NCBI RefSeq assembly: GCF_001194135.2
Contig: NC_068984.1
Span: 60,617,311 to 60,681,310 of the forward strand
DNA length: 64,000 bases
Direction: 5' to 3'
Origin: Octopus bimaculoides
Lineage: Eukaryota
Part shown: piece after piece, positions 36,728 through 50,479 of the stretch
Position numbering within the stretch: the stretch's first letter is position 1
How the letters are laid out: every line of letters starts with the position of its first letter
Translations under genes and position numbers: made by a program
The notes under the pieces: generated by a model
What the model saw: only the letters and a program-made list of their open reading frames with translations
Databases searched by the model: none
Told to the model about the DNA's origin: nothing

Positions 36728-38689
36728 AATATACATATACAGTAATCCTATGTTGATGATATATATATNNNNNNNNNNNNNNNNNNNNNNNNNNNNNNNN
36801 NNNNNNNNNNNNNNNNNNNNNNNNNNNNNNNNNNNNNNNNNNNNNNNNNNNNNNNNNNNNNNNNNNNNNNNNNNNNNNNNNNNNNNNNNNNNNNNNNNNN
36901 NNNNNNNNNNNNNNNNNNNNNNNNNNNNNNNNNNNNNNNNNNNNNNNNNNNNNNNNNNNNNNNNNNNNNNNNNNNNNNNNNNNNNNNNNNNNNNNNNNNN
37001 NNNNNNNNNNNNNNNNNNNNNNNNNNNNNNNNNNNNNNNNNNNNNNNNNNNNNNNNNNNNNNNNNNNNNNNNNNNNNNNNNNNNNNNNNNNNNNNNNNNN
37101 NNNNNNNNNNNNNNNNNNNNNNNNNNNNNNNNNNNNNNNNNNNNNNNNNNNNNNNNNNNNNNNNNNNNNNNNNNNNNNNNNNNNNNNNNNNNNNNNNNNN
37201 NNNNNNNNNNNNNNNNNNNNNNNNNNNNNNNNNNNNNNNNNNNNNNNNNNNNNNNNNNNNNNNNNNNNNNNNNNNNNNNNNNNNNNNNNNNNNNNNNNNN
37301 NNNNNNNNNNNNNNNNNNNNNNNNNNNNNNNNNNNNNNNNNNNNNNNNNNNNNNNNNNNNNNNNNNNNNNNNNNNNNNNNNNNNNNNNNNNNNNNNNNNN
37401 NNNNNNNNNNNNNNNNNNNNNNNNNNNNNNNNNNNNNNNNNNNNNNNNNNNNNNNNNNNNNNNNNNNNNNNNNNNNNNNNNNNNNNNNNNNNNNNNNNNN
37501 NNNNNNNNNNNNNNNNNNNNNNNNNNNNNNNNNNNNNNNNNNNNNNNNNNNNNNNNNNNNNNNNNNNNNNNNNNNNNNNNNNNNNNNNNNNNNNNNNNNN
37601 NNNNNNNNNNNNNNNNNNNNNNNNNNNNNNNNNNNNNNNNNNNNNNNNNNNNNNNNNNNNNNNNNNNNNNNNNNNNNNNNNNNNNNNNNNNNNNNNNNNN
37701 NNNNNNNNNNNNNNNNNNNNNNNNNNNNNNNNNNNNNNNNNNNNNNNNNNNNNNNNNNNNNNNNNTATATATATATATATATATATATATTTCTATTTTT
37801 TCTATTTTCTATTTTCTCTCCCTGCTTATTTCTTTGTTCCTTTCTGTCGAAAAGCTTAGTCTCGAAACGTATAAGATTTTCTCACTTACTGAGCGTTAAA
37901 CTAATACAGCTGTTTGTTGTTTACACACATGTCTTTGTCTTTTGTTTTTTTTTAAATTCTCACTATATGTATACATACATATATATATATATATGTATGT
38001 ATGTATATTTATATATATGTGTATATATATAATGTATGTATATCTAACTATACGTGTGTCTTTTATATATATATGTGTGTGTATATATCTATCTAACTAT
38101 ATGTGTACACACAAACACACACACACACACACACACAAACACAACATATATCCTCTCTCTCACACACACACTCTCTCTCTCTCTTACTCTTTTCTCTATC
38201 TTTCTCTCTTTTCTGCTGTTGTTTAGTCCTGCATCAACTCAGATGACACTAATCTGTGCTCAAAGACATTTGCATCCTGACAATCTTGTCTTTTTGTATA
38301 GCAGAGATCTCACTATCCATTCTGTTCTGGCTGCTGTCTTGCCATGTCAGCTGACATCATGGAGACTCTTTGTTTGTAACTTTGCTTATATGTGTGGATA
38401 TGTGTGCATGTGGATGTATGCAGATAAATATGCACATGTGTGTATGTATATGTGTGTGTTTATGCATATTTATGTATAAATGTGTCTGTGTGCAAATATA
38501 TGTATGTGCTCATGTATGTATGTGTATATCTATGTATTTTTGTATGTGTTTGTGCATATAGTGTTATGTTATCCTTTCCCACTCTCCTCTTTCCCTCTCC
38601 CCTTTCAAATTTACTGGCATTCCTTTATATTTTCTCTACTCCCTCCAGATTGCCCACTCCTTCCACAAACACTTATCACCTCTTTCCTC

Positions 38690-38900
38690 TTCTTCCTTAC
38701 CTCTCCTCTTCTTCCTTACCTCTCCTCTTCTTCCTTACCTCTCCTCTTCTTCCTTACCTCTCCTCTTCTTCCTTACCTCTCCTCTTCTTCCTTACCTCTC
38801 CTCTTCTTCCTTACCTCTCCTCTTCTTCCTTACCTCTCCTCTTCTTCCTTACCTCTCCTCTTCTTCCTTACCTCTCCTCTTCTTCCTTACCTCTCCTCTT
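38690..38900. repeat. 19-bp polypyrimidine minisatellite (CTCTCCTCTTCTTCCTTAC), ~11 copies
   Basis: Read directly from sequence. Confidence 0.95.
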
Positions 38901-39779
38901 TCTTCTCCCTTAACTCTCCTCTTTCTTCTCCCTTACCTCTCTAATCCTAATGTATTTACATTTCTTCTCTCTCACAAAGGTTCTGCCTAGAAACTTCAGT
39001 CTTCTCTGTTTTCATAGCATAAAATTTATTCCACTGTCTTGAATTATTTTTATTAGTGAGGGGTAATATTTATCCCTATTTAACATGAATATTCTGTTAG
39101 AACAAACAATACCATGAAAGAAACTCTCATATTGGCTTTTGGTGCAAAATACATGCTTGTTTATATTGCTAGTGGGGAGATAAATCCCCACCAGATCACA
39201 TGACTTCAACCTTCTTTGATCTTGTCAATGACAGACATTTGACCACCAGAAATAGTAGTAACTGATCTCCCTACCAGCAATATGTATAGCAAAACAGGGC
39301 CAGAACAGGTGCTGATATTGCAATAAGCTAATGAACTTATAAATCCCTGCCATCTCCAGTACCAAGACCACCAGGTCACATGATTTTGACCATCCTTGGT
39401 CTTCTCAATGAAGGGCACTCAACTGGTAGAGATAGCAGCAACACATCTCCTCACCAGCAATATATGGAAAAATAATACTAGTACAAGCACTGGTGTCATG
39501 ATAAGTGATTGAGCTTGTTAAAAAATATATATCAGTAACCGAGGCAGTATTAATTCCAAGAGATAATATTTATCCCCACTTGAACATGTATGTTCTATCT
39601 CCACTTAAACATAGATGTCCTGTTAGAACAAACTATACTGTGGCAGATACCATGAGAGAAACTCTCATATTGACTTTTGGAGCAAGATGCACTCTTGTTT
39701 ATATTGCAAGCTGAGAGGTAAATCCTTGCCATTTCCAGTGCTAAGTATCACTAGTTTTCTCAGATTCTTTTGTCTCGCA

Positions 39780-40270
39780 AAATATAATATTTATGGATGT
39801 GCTGTGAGTTTAAGAAATTTGCTTTGCAATCTTGAGGTTTCAGGTTCAATCCTACCTTGAGTAAGTGTCTTCTACTATAGCCTGGGCTGGCCAATGACTT
39901 GTTAGCAAAATCTGATTGATGAAACAGGACGGAAGCTCATCATACACATTCACACACACACATATTTTTGTCAAACAAATCAATCCCGGTACCTTTTTTT
40001 GCTTTTTGAAGTTAGATACTTATACTATTGTTCTCTTTTGCCGAACCCATTATGTTATGGAGATGTAAACACACCTTCACTAGTTGTGTGTGTGTGTGTG
40101 TGTGTGTGTACACGATGGAGTTCTTTCAGTTTCCACTTGCCAAATCCTCTCAGAAAGCTTTGGTTGGCCCAAGGCTATAGAAGACACTTGTCCAAGGTGC
40201 CATGCAGTAGTACTGAACTTGGAACCATGTGATAGGGAAGCAAACTTTGCACCATACAGCTACACCTGCA
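39780..40270. mobile_element. Two diverged SINE A pieces: 39780-39950 (+) and 39960-40270 (-)
   Basis: Homology to 44853-45323. Confidence 0.65.
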
Positions 40271-40456
40271 CTTATACCATGCTTCTGATTTGGCTGTTAT
40301 TTGGCTATGAAAGGATTCTTTCATTGGCTTGAAATATTACCATTTGTTATAAAACCTTTATTTAGGAAATTCATGATCAAAGACATTCCAGCCATTGCAA
40401 TTTTAATGTATATATACACACTATCTACATTATCCAACATATCCTTCTATGTATGT

Positions 40457-40840
40457 GGAGGCGCAATGGCCCAGTGGTTAGGGCAGCGGACTCGTGGTCA
40501 TAGGATTGCGGTTTCGATTCCCAGACCGGGCGTTGTGAGTGTTTATTGACCGAAAACACCGAAACCTCCACAAGGCTCCGGCAGGGAATGGTGGTGAACC
40601 CTGCTGTACTCTTCCACCACAACTTTCTCTCATTCTTACTTCATCTTTCTGTTGTGCTTGTAATTCAAAGGGTCAGCCATGTCACACTGTGTCACGCTGA
40701 ATATCCCCGAGAACTGTGTTAAGGGTACACGTGTCTGTAGAGTGCTCAGCCACTTGCACGTTAATTTCACGAGCAGGCTGTTCCATTGATCGGATCAACT
40801 GGAACCCTCGACGTCGTAAGCGACGGAGTGCCAACAACAA
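40457..40840 (+). mobile_element. Full-length tRNA-derived SINE family C
   Basis: A-box TGGCCCAGTGG, B-box GGTTTCGATTCCC, (CAA)n end, TSD CCTTCTATGT (40443-40452 / 40841-40850); close match to 45538-45921. Confidence 0.9.
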
Positions 40841-41182
40841 CCTTCTATGTTTAAGATTGTGGATGTATGATTCAAGTGAAATTTAGCTGCTATTTTAAGC
40901 AGGGTGATGTGAATGTAGGAGCTCCATTTATTAGCTCAAACTATTACTGGCAGCAGATTGCAATTTACTGAATCAACATGATTCTTTCTCCTATAAAACC
41001 TGTTTTGGGTAAAAGAAATCATTATATATATATATATGCCGAAACATTTTCCTTATTGTCAGATTCTGTAGCCATAAGAGGAGTGGGAAGAGAGACGAAC
41101 AGTAAAAGGGGAACGAAGAAAAACGATAAGATAGAGGGACATAAGTGGATTGATAAGTAAAGAAATAGGCAAACAAACAGAC

Positions 41183-41235
<53 letters not shown>

Positions 41236-41771
41236 CATATATACATATAGATATATAGATAAATAGATAGAGAGATAGGTTGATATAGATAAATAGTAGT
41301 GAAATAGATAGATAGATATGTAACTAGGTAGACGTACACATTACACATTGATAGGTAGAAAGATAGAGATAGATACAAAGCTACACAAATAGACAAACAA
41401 ATAGATAGGTATACTGTATACAGATAAATATTCATTGAGAGATAAAACACAAATAGATTTTTTTTCCTCATGTAAGATGTTTCTTCGTATTTTATGTCCA
41501 AAATATTTCCTAACTTTTTTCTTTAATAGTTTTTCTATTGAAAGCTTAGACAGGTTGGAAGTTTCAGGCTGACATTCTGAGTAATTTCCCTTAGTGATTT
41601 ATTTCTTCTTTGACATATAGCCAGTTGTAAAGTTGATAGACTTCAACGAACAACAAAATTTTTAAATCTGAAGAATTTTCCTAAATGCAACTTCACATAT
41701 TCCACAGACACACACACACATATATATATATATATCTGTCTATCTATCTACATACCTATATATATATATAT

Positions 41772-41925
41772 CATCATCGTTCATCATCGTTTAACGTCTG
41801 CTTTCCATGCTAGCATGGGTTGCACGATTTGACTGAGGACTGGTGGACCAGGTGGCTACACCAGGCTCCAATCTGATTTGGCAGTATTTCTACAGCTGGA
41901 TGCCCTTCCTAACGCCAACCACTCC
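41772..41925 (-). mobile_element. RTE family 1 3' end
   Basis: CATCATCGTTTAACGTCTGCTTTCCATGCTAGCATGGG. Confidence 0.8.
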
Positions 41926-42672
41926 ATATATACATACATACATACACATGTGACTCAGTGGATGATGTGCTAGAACTAAAGTGGGGGTTGTTGGGAAGTG
42001 ATGCTCCAGAAGAAAGGGAGGGACATCAGATAATGAAACAGGAAATTTGAACTGCCTTTTCTCTAGATTAACTGCTGGCAAGAGCAGACAGTGGACAAAA
42101 TCCTTGATGTTCTCAGGTTTTTTTTTTCTACTGAAGGTGATATCATGGCCTGGATTAGGAAAATAAAGCTTCTCAAGAAGAAGTTGCATGGCATACAGAA
42201 CATAGTCAGTGTTATGCCTTTGTACTAAAGGGAAGCACATAACTTATGTCTGTAAATGCACATGGCAGGCCAACTAAAGGTGGGAAAGAACTGAAGAGCA
42301 GCTGAAGGACACAGATGCAGGGAGAATGAACTGGATGAGAGCACAGGTGGATAATTATGTGAGTAAAATCAGAAGACAAGCTGGACAAGCTAGAATTTTT
42401 CCAGTGCAGTGATGGAGAAAGTTGTGAATCTGGCATTTGTGATGACAATGACAATGGGCAACTTGGTGGATAGAATGAAGATATGGATGCAAAACAATAC
42501 CCATGATTTTGTGGGAGTTGTGTCAGTGGAGCTTAGTAGAACATGGAGGCAAGTAGTGAATGGTGAAATCTAGAGAATAACAGGAAAGTTGATATGGACA
42601 CTTAAGGATCTGTGTTTTCAGGTGTTGGGGTTTGCACAGAGTCAGGGACTGCAAAATGTCGAAATAGCTTGT

Positions 42673-43100
42673 AGTCATCATCATCATCATCATTTAACAT
42701 CCGTCTTCCATGCTGGCATGGGTTGGATGGTTTCACAGGAGCCAGCCTGGCAGAAAACTACACCAGGCTACTGTGTCTGTTTTGGCATGGTTTTTATGGC
42801 TGGATGCCCTTCATAACACCAACCACCCTGTAGAGAGGACTGAGTGCTTTTTATGTGGCACCAGCACAGGCGAGGTCAGTTTTGCTATGGTTTTACTGCT
42901 GGATCCCTTCCAAATGCCAACCACTTCACAGTGTGGACTGGACGCTTTTTACATGGAACCAGCTCTGTTAAGGTCATCAAGTAACTTGCAAGACAAGGGA
43001 TTTTGAGAGGGATCGTGCATTAAAGGAGGTGACCTTGTGTCAGATGATGAAAGATTAGAGTGTGACGGAGAGACAGTGAGGTAGAAACAGGTGTTTTGCT
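42673..43100 (-). mobile_element. RTE family 1-related 3' UTR
   Basis: (CAT)n then TTTAACATCCGTCTTCCATGCTGGCATGGGTTGG. Confidence 0.7.
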
Positions 43101-44026
43101 AGAGGAGGTAACTAACTACTGGGCCATGTGACTTCACCTACCTTCCTTGACTGGTATTTAATTTAACACTCAAGAAGTGCAAAAAGCAAAGTTGACCTTG
43201 GTCAGATTTAAACTCAGAGCACAAAGAACTTGAAGATATAACTCCAGGCATTTTGTTCTATGCTCTGGTGACTTTGCCAATAACTGTGACTCAAATATTA
43301 CATCTCTGTGCTGTTTAAAATTTATTCTTGTCTTCCAGCTTGTATATATTATAACTATATAAATATTTATAGATGTAAAACGTAATACAATTACAACACA
43401 ACTGCTAGCCTATGCTCACTGCTACTAGTATGAATAAGAACAACAACAACAAGAACAATCAAAATATAATTAGTAATTGTTTATTCATTAGGTGACATTT
43501 CTATGTCTTCTGGTAGACCTTTGCATTTTTATATCAATATTATGATGTGATACACACAACAATATCTTTAGCCTAAGGTATGTACATATATCCATTTCAT
43601 ATTCTTATTGAAATCTGGTTTGTAAATGACACTTGGAACATTTCTAGAGTAGATTGCATTGTTGAATTCATTGAAATTATTTACCAGTTTGCTATTAAAT
43701 GTCACTAGGACACTCTAGTAAAATGAACCATTGATGGAGATTGTGCTTAGTTAGGTTATCAGTATGAATATTTTAATAATTTTTTTTTCCATGTTCAAAT
43801 TACAGACAAGATAAGCCCCAAGTTCTAAATTGTAAATTGCATTCTTTCATTGTTTATTTAACAAAAGAATTTTTTTCCTCTCTTCTTGTTGATAACTAAT
43901 ATAAAAAGTAGTGAACATGTTTTAAGAATATTAAAAAAAAATTACTAAGTAGCTTATCAATAATGCCAGTAGTAAAGGAATTTTAGAATATAGTGCATAT
44001 GTATATGTGTGTGTAATAAGTATATA

Positions 44027-44099
<73 letters not shown>

Positions 44100-44324
44100 N
44101 NNNNNNNNNNNNNNNNNNNNNCACACACACACACACACACACACATACACACACACATATACTATATGTCTATATATAGGTGTATGTATACACACACACA
44201 CACACACACACACATACACACACACATATACTATATGTCTATATATAGGTGTATGTATACACACACACACACATGTATGAGATATATATATATATTTTTA
44301 TTTATTTATTTATTTATTTATTTA

Positions 44325-44551
44325 TATTTTTACTTGTTTCAGTCATTAGACTGTGGTCATGCTGGGGTACCACCTTGAAGAATTTTCAGTCGAATGTATT
44401 GACCCCTATACTTATTTTTTTAAAGCCTGTTACTTATTCTGTCGGTTTCTTTTGCTGAACCACTCAGCACCAGTTGTTACGTGGAGGACAACACAGACAC
44501 AAAGACACAAACACACGCATGTGTGCACATGTGCACACACACACACACGCG

Positions 44552-44608
<57 letters not shown>

Positions 44609-44755
44609 CAGGTTTCTATCTACCAAATCCACTCACAAGGCTTTGGTTGACCCACGGTTATAGTAGAAGACACTCACTTGTCCTTGGTGCCATGCAGTTG
44701 GACTGAACCCAAAATCATGTGGTTGGGAAGCAAGCTTCTTGTCACACAACCACTG
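44325..44755 (-). mobile_element. SINE family A
   Basis: Reverse complement of the adjacent copy at 44853-45323. Confidence 0.85.
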
Positions 44756-44852
44756 CTCTTATTGCACTATACTGCATGTATTATATGCATTGAGTATATA
44801 CTTGAACATCAGCTGCTAATTAATAAGGTGGGAAGTCTAAATACCTAACAAT

Positions 44853-45037
44853 AGGCGTAGGAGTGGCCGTGTGGTAAGTAGGTTGCTTACCAACCACATG
44901 GTACAGGGTTCATTCCCACTGCGTGGCACCTTGGGCAAGTGTCTTCTACTATAGCCTCGGGCCGACCAAGGCCTTGTGAGTGGATTTGGTAGATGGAAAC
45001 TGAAAGAAGCCTGTCGAATATATGTATATATATATAT

Positions 45038-45108
<71 letters not shown>

Positions 45109-45323
45109 TTGTGTGGCTGTGTTTGTCATCCTAACATCACTTGACAACCGATGCTGGTGTGTTTACGTCCCCATAACTTAGCGGTTCGGCAAAAGAGACA
45201 GATAGAAGAGACTAGGCTTACAGGGAATAAGTCCTGGGGTCGATTTGCTCGACTAAAGGCGGTGCTCCAGCATGGCCACAGTCAAATGACTGAAACAAGT
45301 AAAAGAGTAAAAGAGTAAGAGTA
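44853..45323 (+). mobile_element. Full-length tRNA-derived SINE family A
   Basis: A-box TGGCCGTGTGG, B-box GGGTTCATTCCC, CCTTGGGCAAGTG CORE-like segment, internal (GT)n, (AAAGAGTA)n tail. Confidence 0.9.
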
Positions 45324-45537
45324 ATATAAAACCACTCACAACATATCAACATACCTCCGCTTTTCTGTTTCATTGTTAAACCATTTGTTTCCAGTATGAG
45401 TTCTCATTAGTTTCTGTAAATTCTAATGATTATCATGAATGATGCATGAAGGTCGATTTGGAAGAAGTCAATTTTTTTTTTTTATGATGGAAAATTTTTC
45501 TAATTTGTAAAATGTGTGAGATGTATTTTTTCTTATT

Positions 45538-45921
45538 GGAGGCGCAATGGCCCAGTGGTTAAGGCAGTGGACTCGCGGTCATAGGATCACGGTTTCGATT
45601 CCCAGACCGGGCGTTGTGAGTGTTTATTGAGCGAAAACACCCAAAGCTACACGAGGCTATGGCAGGGGATGGTGGCGAACCCTGCTGTACTCTTCCACCA
45701 CAACTTTCTCTCATTCTTACTTCCTCTTTCTGTTGTACCTGTAATTCAAAGGCTCAGCCTTGTCACACTGTGTCATGCTGAATATCCCTGAGAACTACGT
45801 TAAGGGGTACACGTGTCTGTGGAGTGCTCAGCCACTTGCACGTTAATTTCACGAGCAGGCTGTTCTGTTGATCGGATCAACTGGAACCCTTGACGTTGTA
45901 AGCGACGGAGTGCCAGCAACA
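45538..45921 (+). mobile_element. Full-length SINE family C
   Basis: Close match to 40457-40840; possible short TSD TTTCTTA. Confidence 0.9.
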
Positions 45922-46346
45922 CTTCTTTCTTAACCATGTTATGTTTTAAGGACAATTTTTGTTTTGTTGTTGCTGCTGCTTTTGATTCCATTTCAATTGT
46001 GAACATACACTCATTTTATGACATTATCTCACCCATGCTTCCCTTTGTTGAAGTTTGTGATTTAGGAGTCACTTGGATGTCCTTTCTTGCACTATGATGG
46101 GCCATGTTTTCACCAGAATTTGTTTTCTTTTGTGTTAAGGACTGATGTTTAGAGTTAATTTTAGGTCGTAATGTACCTGAGGAATATATTTGCTGTTAGA
46201 TTACACTGTGTAACAGAAGTTTAATTTTTTTGTCTTTGTCAGTAAGTGTTATTTCCTATTTGATTCTATCTTGAAATTAAAGGAAATGGCTACTATTCCT
46301 TTCAGACTTTGCTTTTGTGACCTGGACATCAATTTTTGAAACTCAC

Positions 46347-46379
46347 CTGTACATTTCAGACAGATTCAGCACTGAGTTG
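46347..46379 (-). other. Candidate internal exon (33 nt), unverified
   Basis: TTTCTGCTTCAG acceptor, CAG|GTGAGT donor, single open frame NSVLNLSEMY (phase 2-2). Confidence 0.25.
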
Positions 46380-47466
46380 CTGAAGCAGAAATATCATTAT
46401 AACAAATATTCTATTCAATACCACAGATTTGCTTTCCAGTTGCTTAACCTTAACTACTTGCACATGACACTTAGTGGCCAACAATATGTGCATCTCTGGT
46501 CATGAGTATGAGTAGTGTGGCACATCATAGCCATGTGCTGAGAAGGATTCTTTGGCATTTGAATAAAGGTAACAAAAGCAAAGTTTGAAGGAAATATTAG
46601 CCATTTTTCATACATTCTAGAGGTTAACAAATAGGAAATAACAGTTGCTACCCAAGGACAAAAATCATGTTACACTGTGTTATATGTTAGTTTACTGCAA
46701 TAGTTCTAGATAATTTAGTTCTCATTCTTGGATTCTAGACATAGAAAAGCCATTGTAATATAAAGAGTTTTGCCCAGACACACAATAAGATGATAGCAAC
46801 AAGGTTTTTGGAAATCAATAAATTAAGAGAATTATTAAGGCAATGGTAAAAAATGTCCCGCATTATTTGTTTGGGATTCTTGTGTTCTGTGTTCCAGTCT
46901 GACCAAAGTCATCTTTGCTTTTCATCCCTCCAGACTCAATACAATTAAGTATCAGCCCAGGGTGGTAGATTGCTAAAATTGTTTGAGTATTGGACAAAAT
47001 GCCAAATGAAATTTGTTTCAGTTTTTTATATTCTAAATGGTTTCTCAGGTGTGATAAATTTTTCTGTATCCAACTGACAAGATGGTTTTTTGTGAAAATT
47101 TATCTGAAGGAAAGCAATGGGAGATAACCTTTATGTTCCCTTATGAAAGTTTCATGACAAATATAAAAGTACTTACCTAGTAAGTTATCAGGGAGTGGGG
47201 TCGCTTATTGATCTGTTGGTGCCCCCCCCCCCAAAAAAAAAGACATAATTTTGAACTTAAGATAACAACACCTTCTTCAGTTGGCCATTTCACCTCTACT
47301 GATATAGTCTTTAAAGCTCTACTAAAAATAATTCCTTCAATTTGTTTCCATGAGGAATTTATATTGATTTCTGTTGTATTATTTTACTTATCTTAGATCT
47401 ATATTTTGCTCAATGTTTCAGCCACTAATGGTTTCAATCTCATCAGGTGATATTTTTTCAATTAGA

Positions 47467-47903
47467 CTAGTGGTGTTCAATTGGGATCCATATGGACCCT
47501 GAGTGTCCAAATAAGATTTTTGGGAGACCATACAATAAAATAGTAAATTGGGGATCCACAATAGTATTTTATGGATCCCTGAAAAGATTTTTGCTTTAGA
47601 TGTTTATATTGGTGGATGTTTGTTTGTAATTTTGCTTTAGATGTATTGCAAGAAACAGCTAGATTTCTTTCTCAAAGTTCAACCTTACGCAGTTCAGCCT
47701 ACACAAGTTAATGTGTGAATAATATTCTAACTCTTTTATACTTAAACTGTCAAGATCTGGTCTCTCACACCTACCTTACAATGTCATTGTAAAAATAAAC
47801 AATCACTTCATCAAAATCTCAAAGCTACAAGATGATTAATTCAAAACAATGTGAACAAATAGGCATTACATTTGACAGAGTAATCTGAATGCTAAAAGGT
47901 TAA
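47467..47903. mobile_element. Partial hAT MITE (47467-47725) next to a partial piggyBac MITE (47738-47903)
   Basis: Reverse-complement homology to 21024-21380 and 11829-12049; ends AATGCTAAAAGG-TTAA. Confidence 0.7.
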
Positions 47904-49011
47904 GAAGGATTGAAATGTGGCAGTCAATGCTATAGCAGATGATGGGTTGAAACACATTAGGAGCAATATCAGTTAGTGATATTGCGAATCATCAGTTTGA
48001 CATTGTCTCATTGAGGAAGGATTTAGTTGAAAGTTTGTTACACTTCAGTAGGAAGCTTGCTATGCTAATGAGGAAGGAGAGAGAGAGGTATTTGCAGAGG
48101 CAGTAGCAATTGACCAGATATTACAACAAATTTTGAATGCTTTGAAGTGTGATCAAATTAGCTTTCTTTATTTGAATAAAAGTTGAAGTGAATGGTGGCT
48201 TCATCCCATGGTTAGATATGCTTTGATATTAGGAACTTGAAAAAAAAAGAAAAAAAAAGAAAAACTACCTATGCATATAATCCTTGCTACACTCTAGATA
48301 TTTTTTATATTTTAAAATGTTCTCTTAGTCATATAAGTCTTGTTGCTACTGCTGCTGTTGCAGTTGTTGTTGCTGTTGTTGTTTTTTAACTTCAGGTCAG
48401 ACCTGATAAAACATAGCTATCAAGAAAGGTGTTTTGGCTATGACTATCTTATTGTTTTAGGAACATGAAGGACCTATATTATCTAATGTGTCGAGTGAGG
48501 GTGTTTCTCTGTAGTCACTAGACTTGCTAGAAATAGTCACTAAATCTCTCTCAATAGTCAGTGAAAATCATGTCTTGAATAAGTCTTATTGTTGCCCATA
48601 AGATGGTTTATGACTCTATGTACAAGTGTCCATCACCTTTCTCACACTATATCATTTCATTCAGTGAAATAGTGTTTTACTTTAATTCGGTTTAAATTTG
48701 GCATGGTACCAATCTATCAAAGCAAAGATTTTTTTCTTTGTATGTATTCCAGTATTCTACTGTCTTTGAGCAGTTGCTTGAATCTTTTAAATATGTTTCT
48801 GACTGAAATACTTTATGCTGTCAGACCTCACAATTAAAACTACCATCTCTGTTTGTCAGCTGGAAATGGCAGTTCATTATTAGTCATTTCTTAATGGAAA
48901 TTGTCTTCAAGCTGATCTGTGGTTCTCTAGAACTGTACCAGGGCTCAGTCACAATCACTTCTTTCCAATGTTTTAACCTTTGTAATTTTTATCTGTTAGA
49001 AAGATACTTAC

Positions 49012-49069
49012 AAGTATCTATCTGAAGAATTTTCTTTATATGCTGGTGAATCGCCTAATGGTTCTTCTA
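49012..49069 (-). other. Candidate internal exon (58 nt), unverified
   Basis: GTAAGT donor, weak TAG acceptor, single open frame EEPLGDSPAYKENSSDRY (phase 1-2). Confidence 0.2.
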
Positions 49070-49699
49070 CTATTTGTAATTAAAAACCTCCAACTTTGAT
49101 TCTCTTTCCAGTGATAGAATATTTGACAAATATGGTAATATTTGAAATAGTAAATGTACTATTGTTGTTTTAGTAATTCAGGTAAGCCTTGACTTAGAAG
49201 ACCTACAGCAAGTAGATAGTCAGCTGAATGACTTATTGGAATCCAAAGTTCTATAGCTCCAAATCGGCCATTATGGTCTCCTGTAATAAATTGTTATTGT
49301 TTGACTCTCATTCTATCTGAAATTATACTGTTCTGTTTGCTTTTGTTTCTCCTCAATGTATTACACCAGTCATGGGTAAATTGTGACCCACCAGAACCTT
49401 CTGAATGGCTTGCCTAATGGAAAATTATCTTGAATTTTTCTTTAGTAGTGTGGTTTGCTTGATGATTTGCCATTTGTCACATAACCACTTCTCCAGAAAG
49501 ATTGCCCATGCTTGTACTATACAAAGTATATTATTCATTGTTCTTTAAGATGGTAATATGAAGTTTGATGGAGATATTGCTATTACTAACTACTCAAGTA
49601 ACTGTATAGAAACTACTTTGTAGATTTGTGATTGTTGCTATGACAACAGGGGTAAATGAGGTGGCCTCATACTTAGACAAACATTTTATAACCATTCTC

Positions 49700-50180
<481 letters not shown>

Positions 50181-50448
50181 CTCCTATGCCTATAGGCATA
50201 GCCACTCCTATTCTGTAAACTAGAATTTAAATTTCCATCAGGACTCAATTGAAATAGGCTGGTAGTTCTATCAGAAACTGTAAGGTTTTAGAATTGATTC
50301 CAATCTGAGAAAAAAGTGTGAGATTCACAAAATTTCAGGTTGCAAAACTTTGACAGAACTGGTTTGAAGCTAATTATAAAAAGAATCATGTTGTCATGAT
50401 TGTTTTGATTAAAATCCACAACTCAGTGAGCATATTTATATGCGTGTG

Positions 50449-50479
<31 letters not shown>

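Noticed and set aside
40457-40530. tRNA-like sequences (also at 44853, 45538, 4460, 52851)
   Set aside because: They are SINE heads: no full cloverleaf, and they continue into SINE bodies
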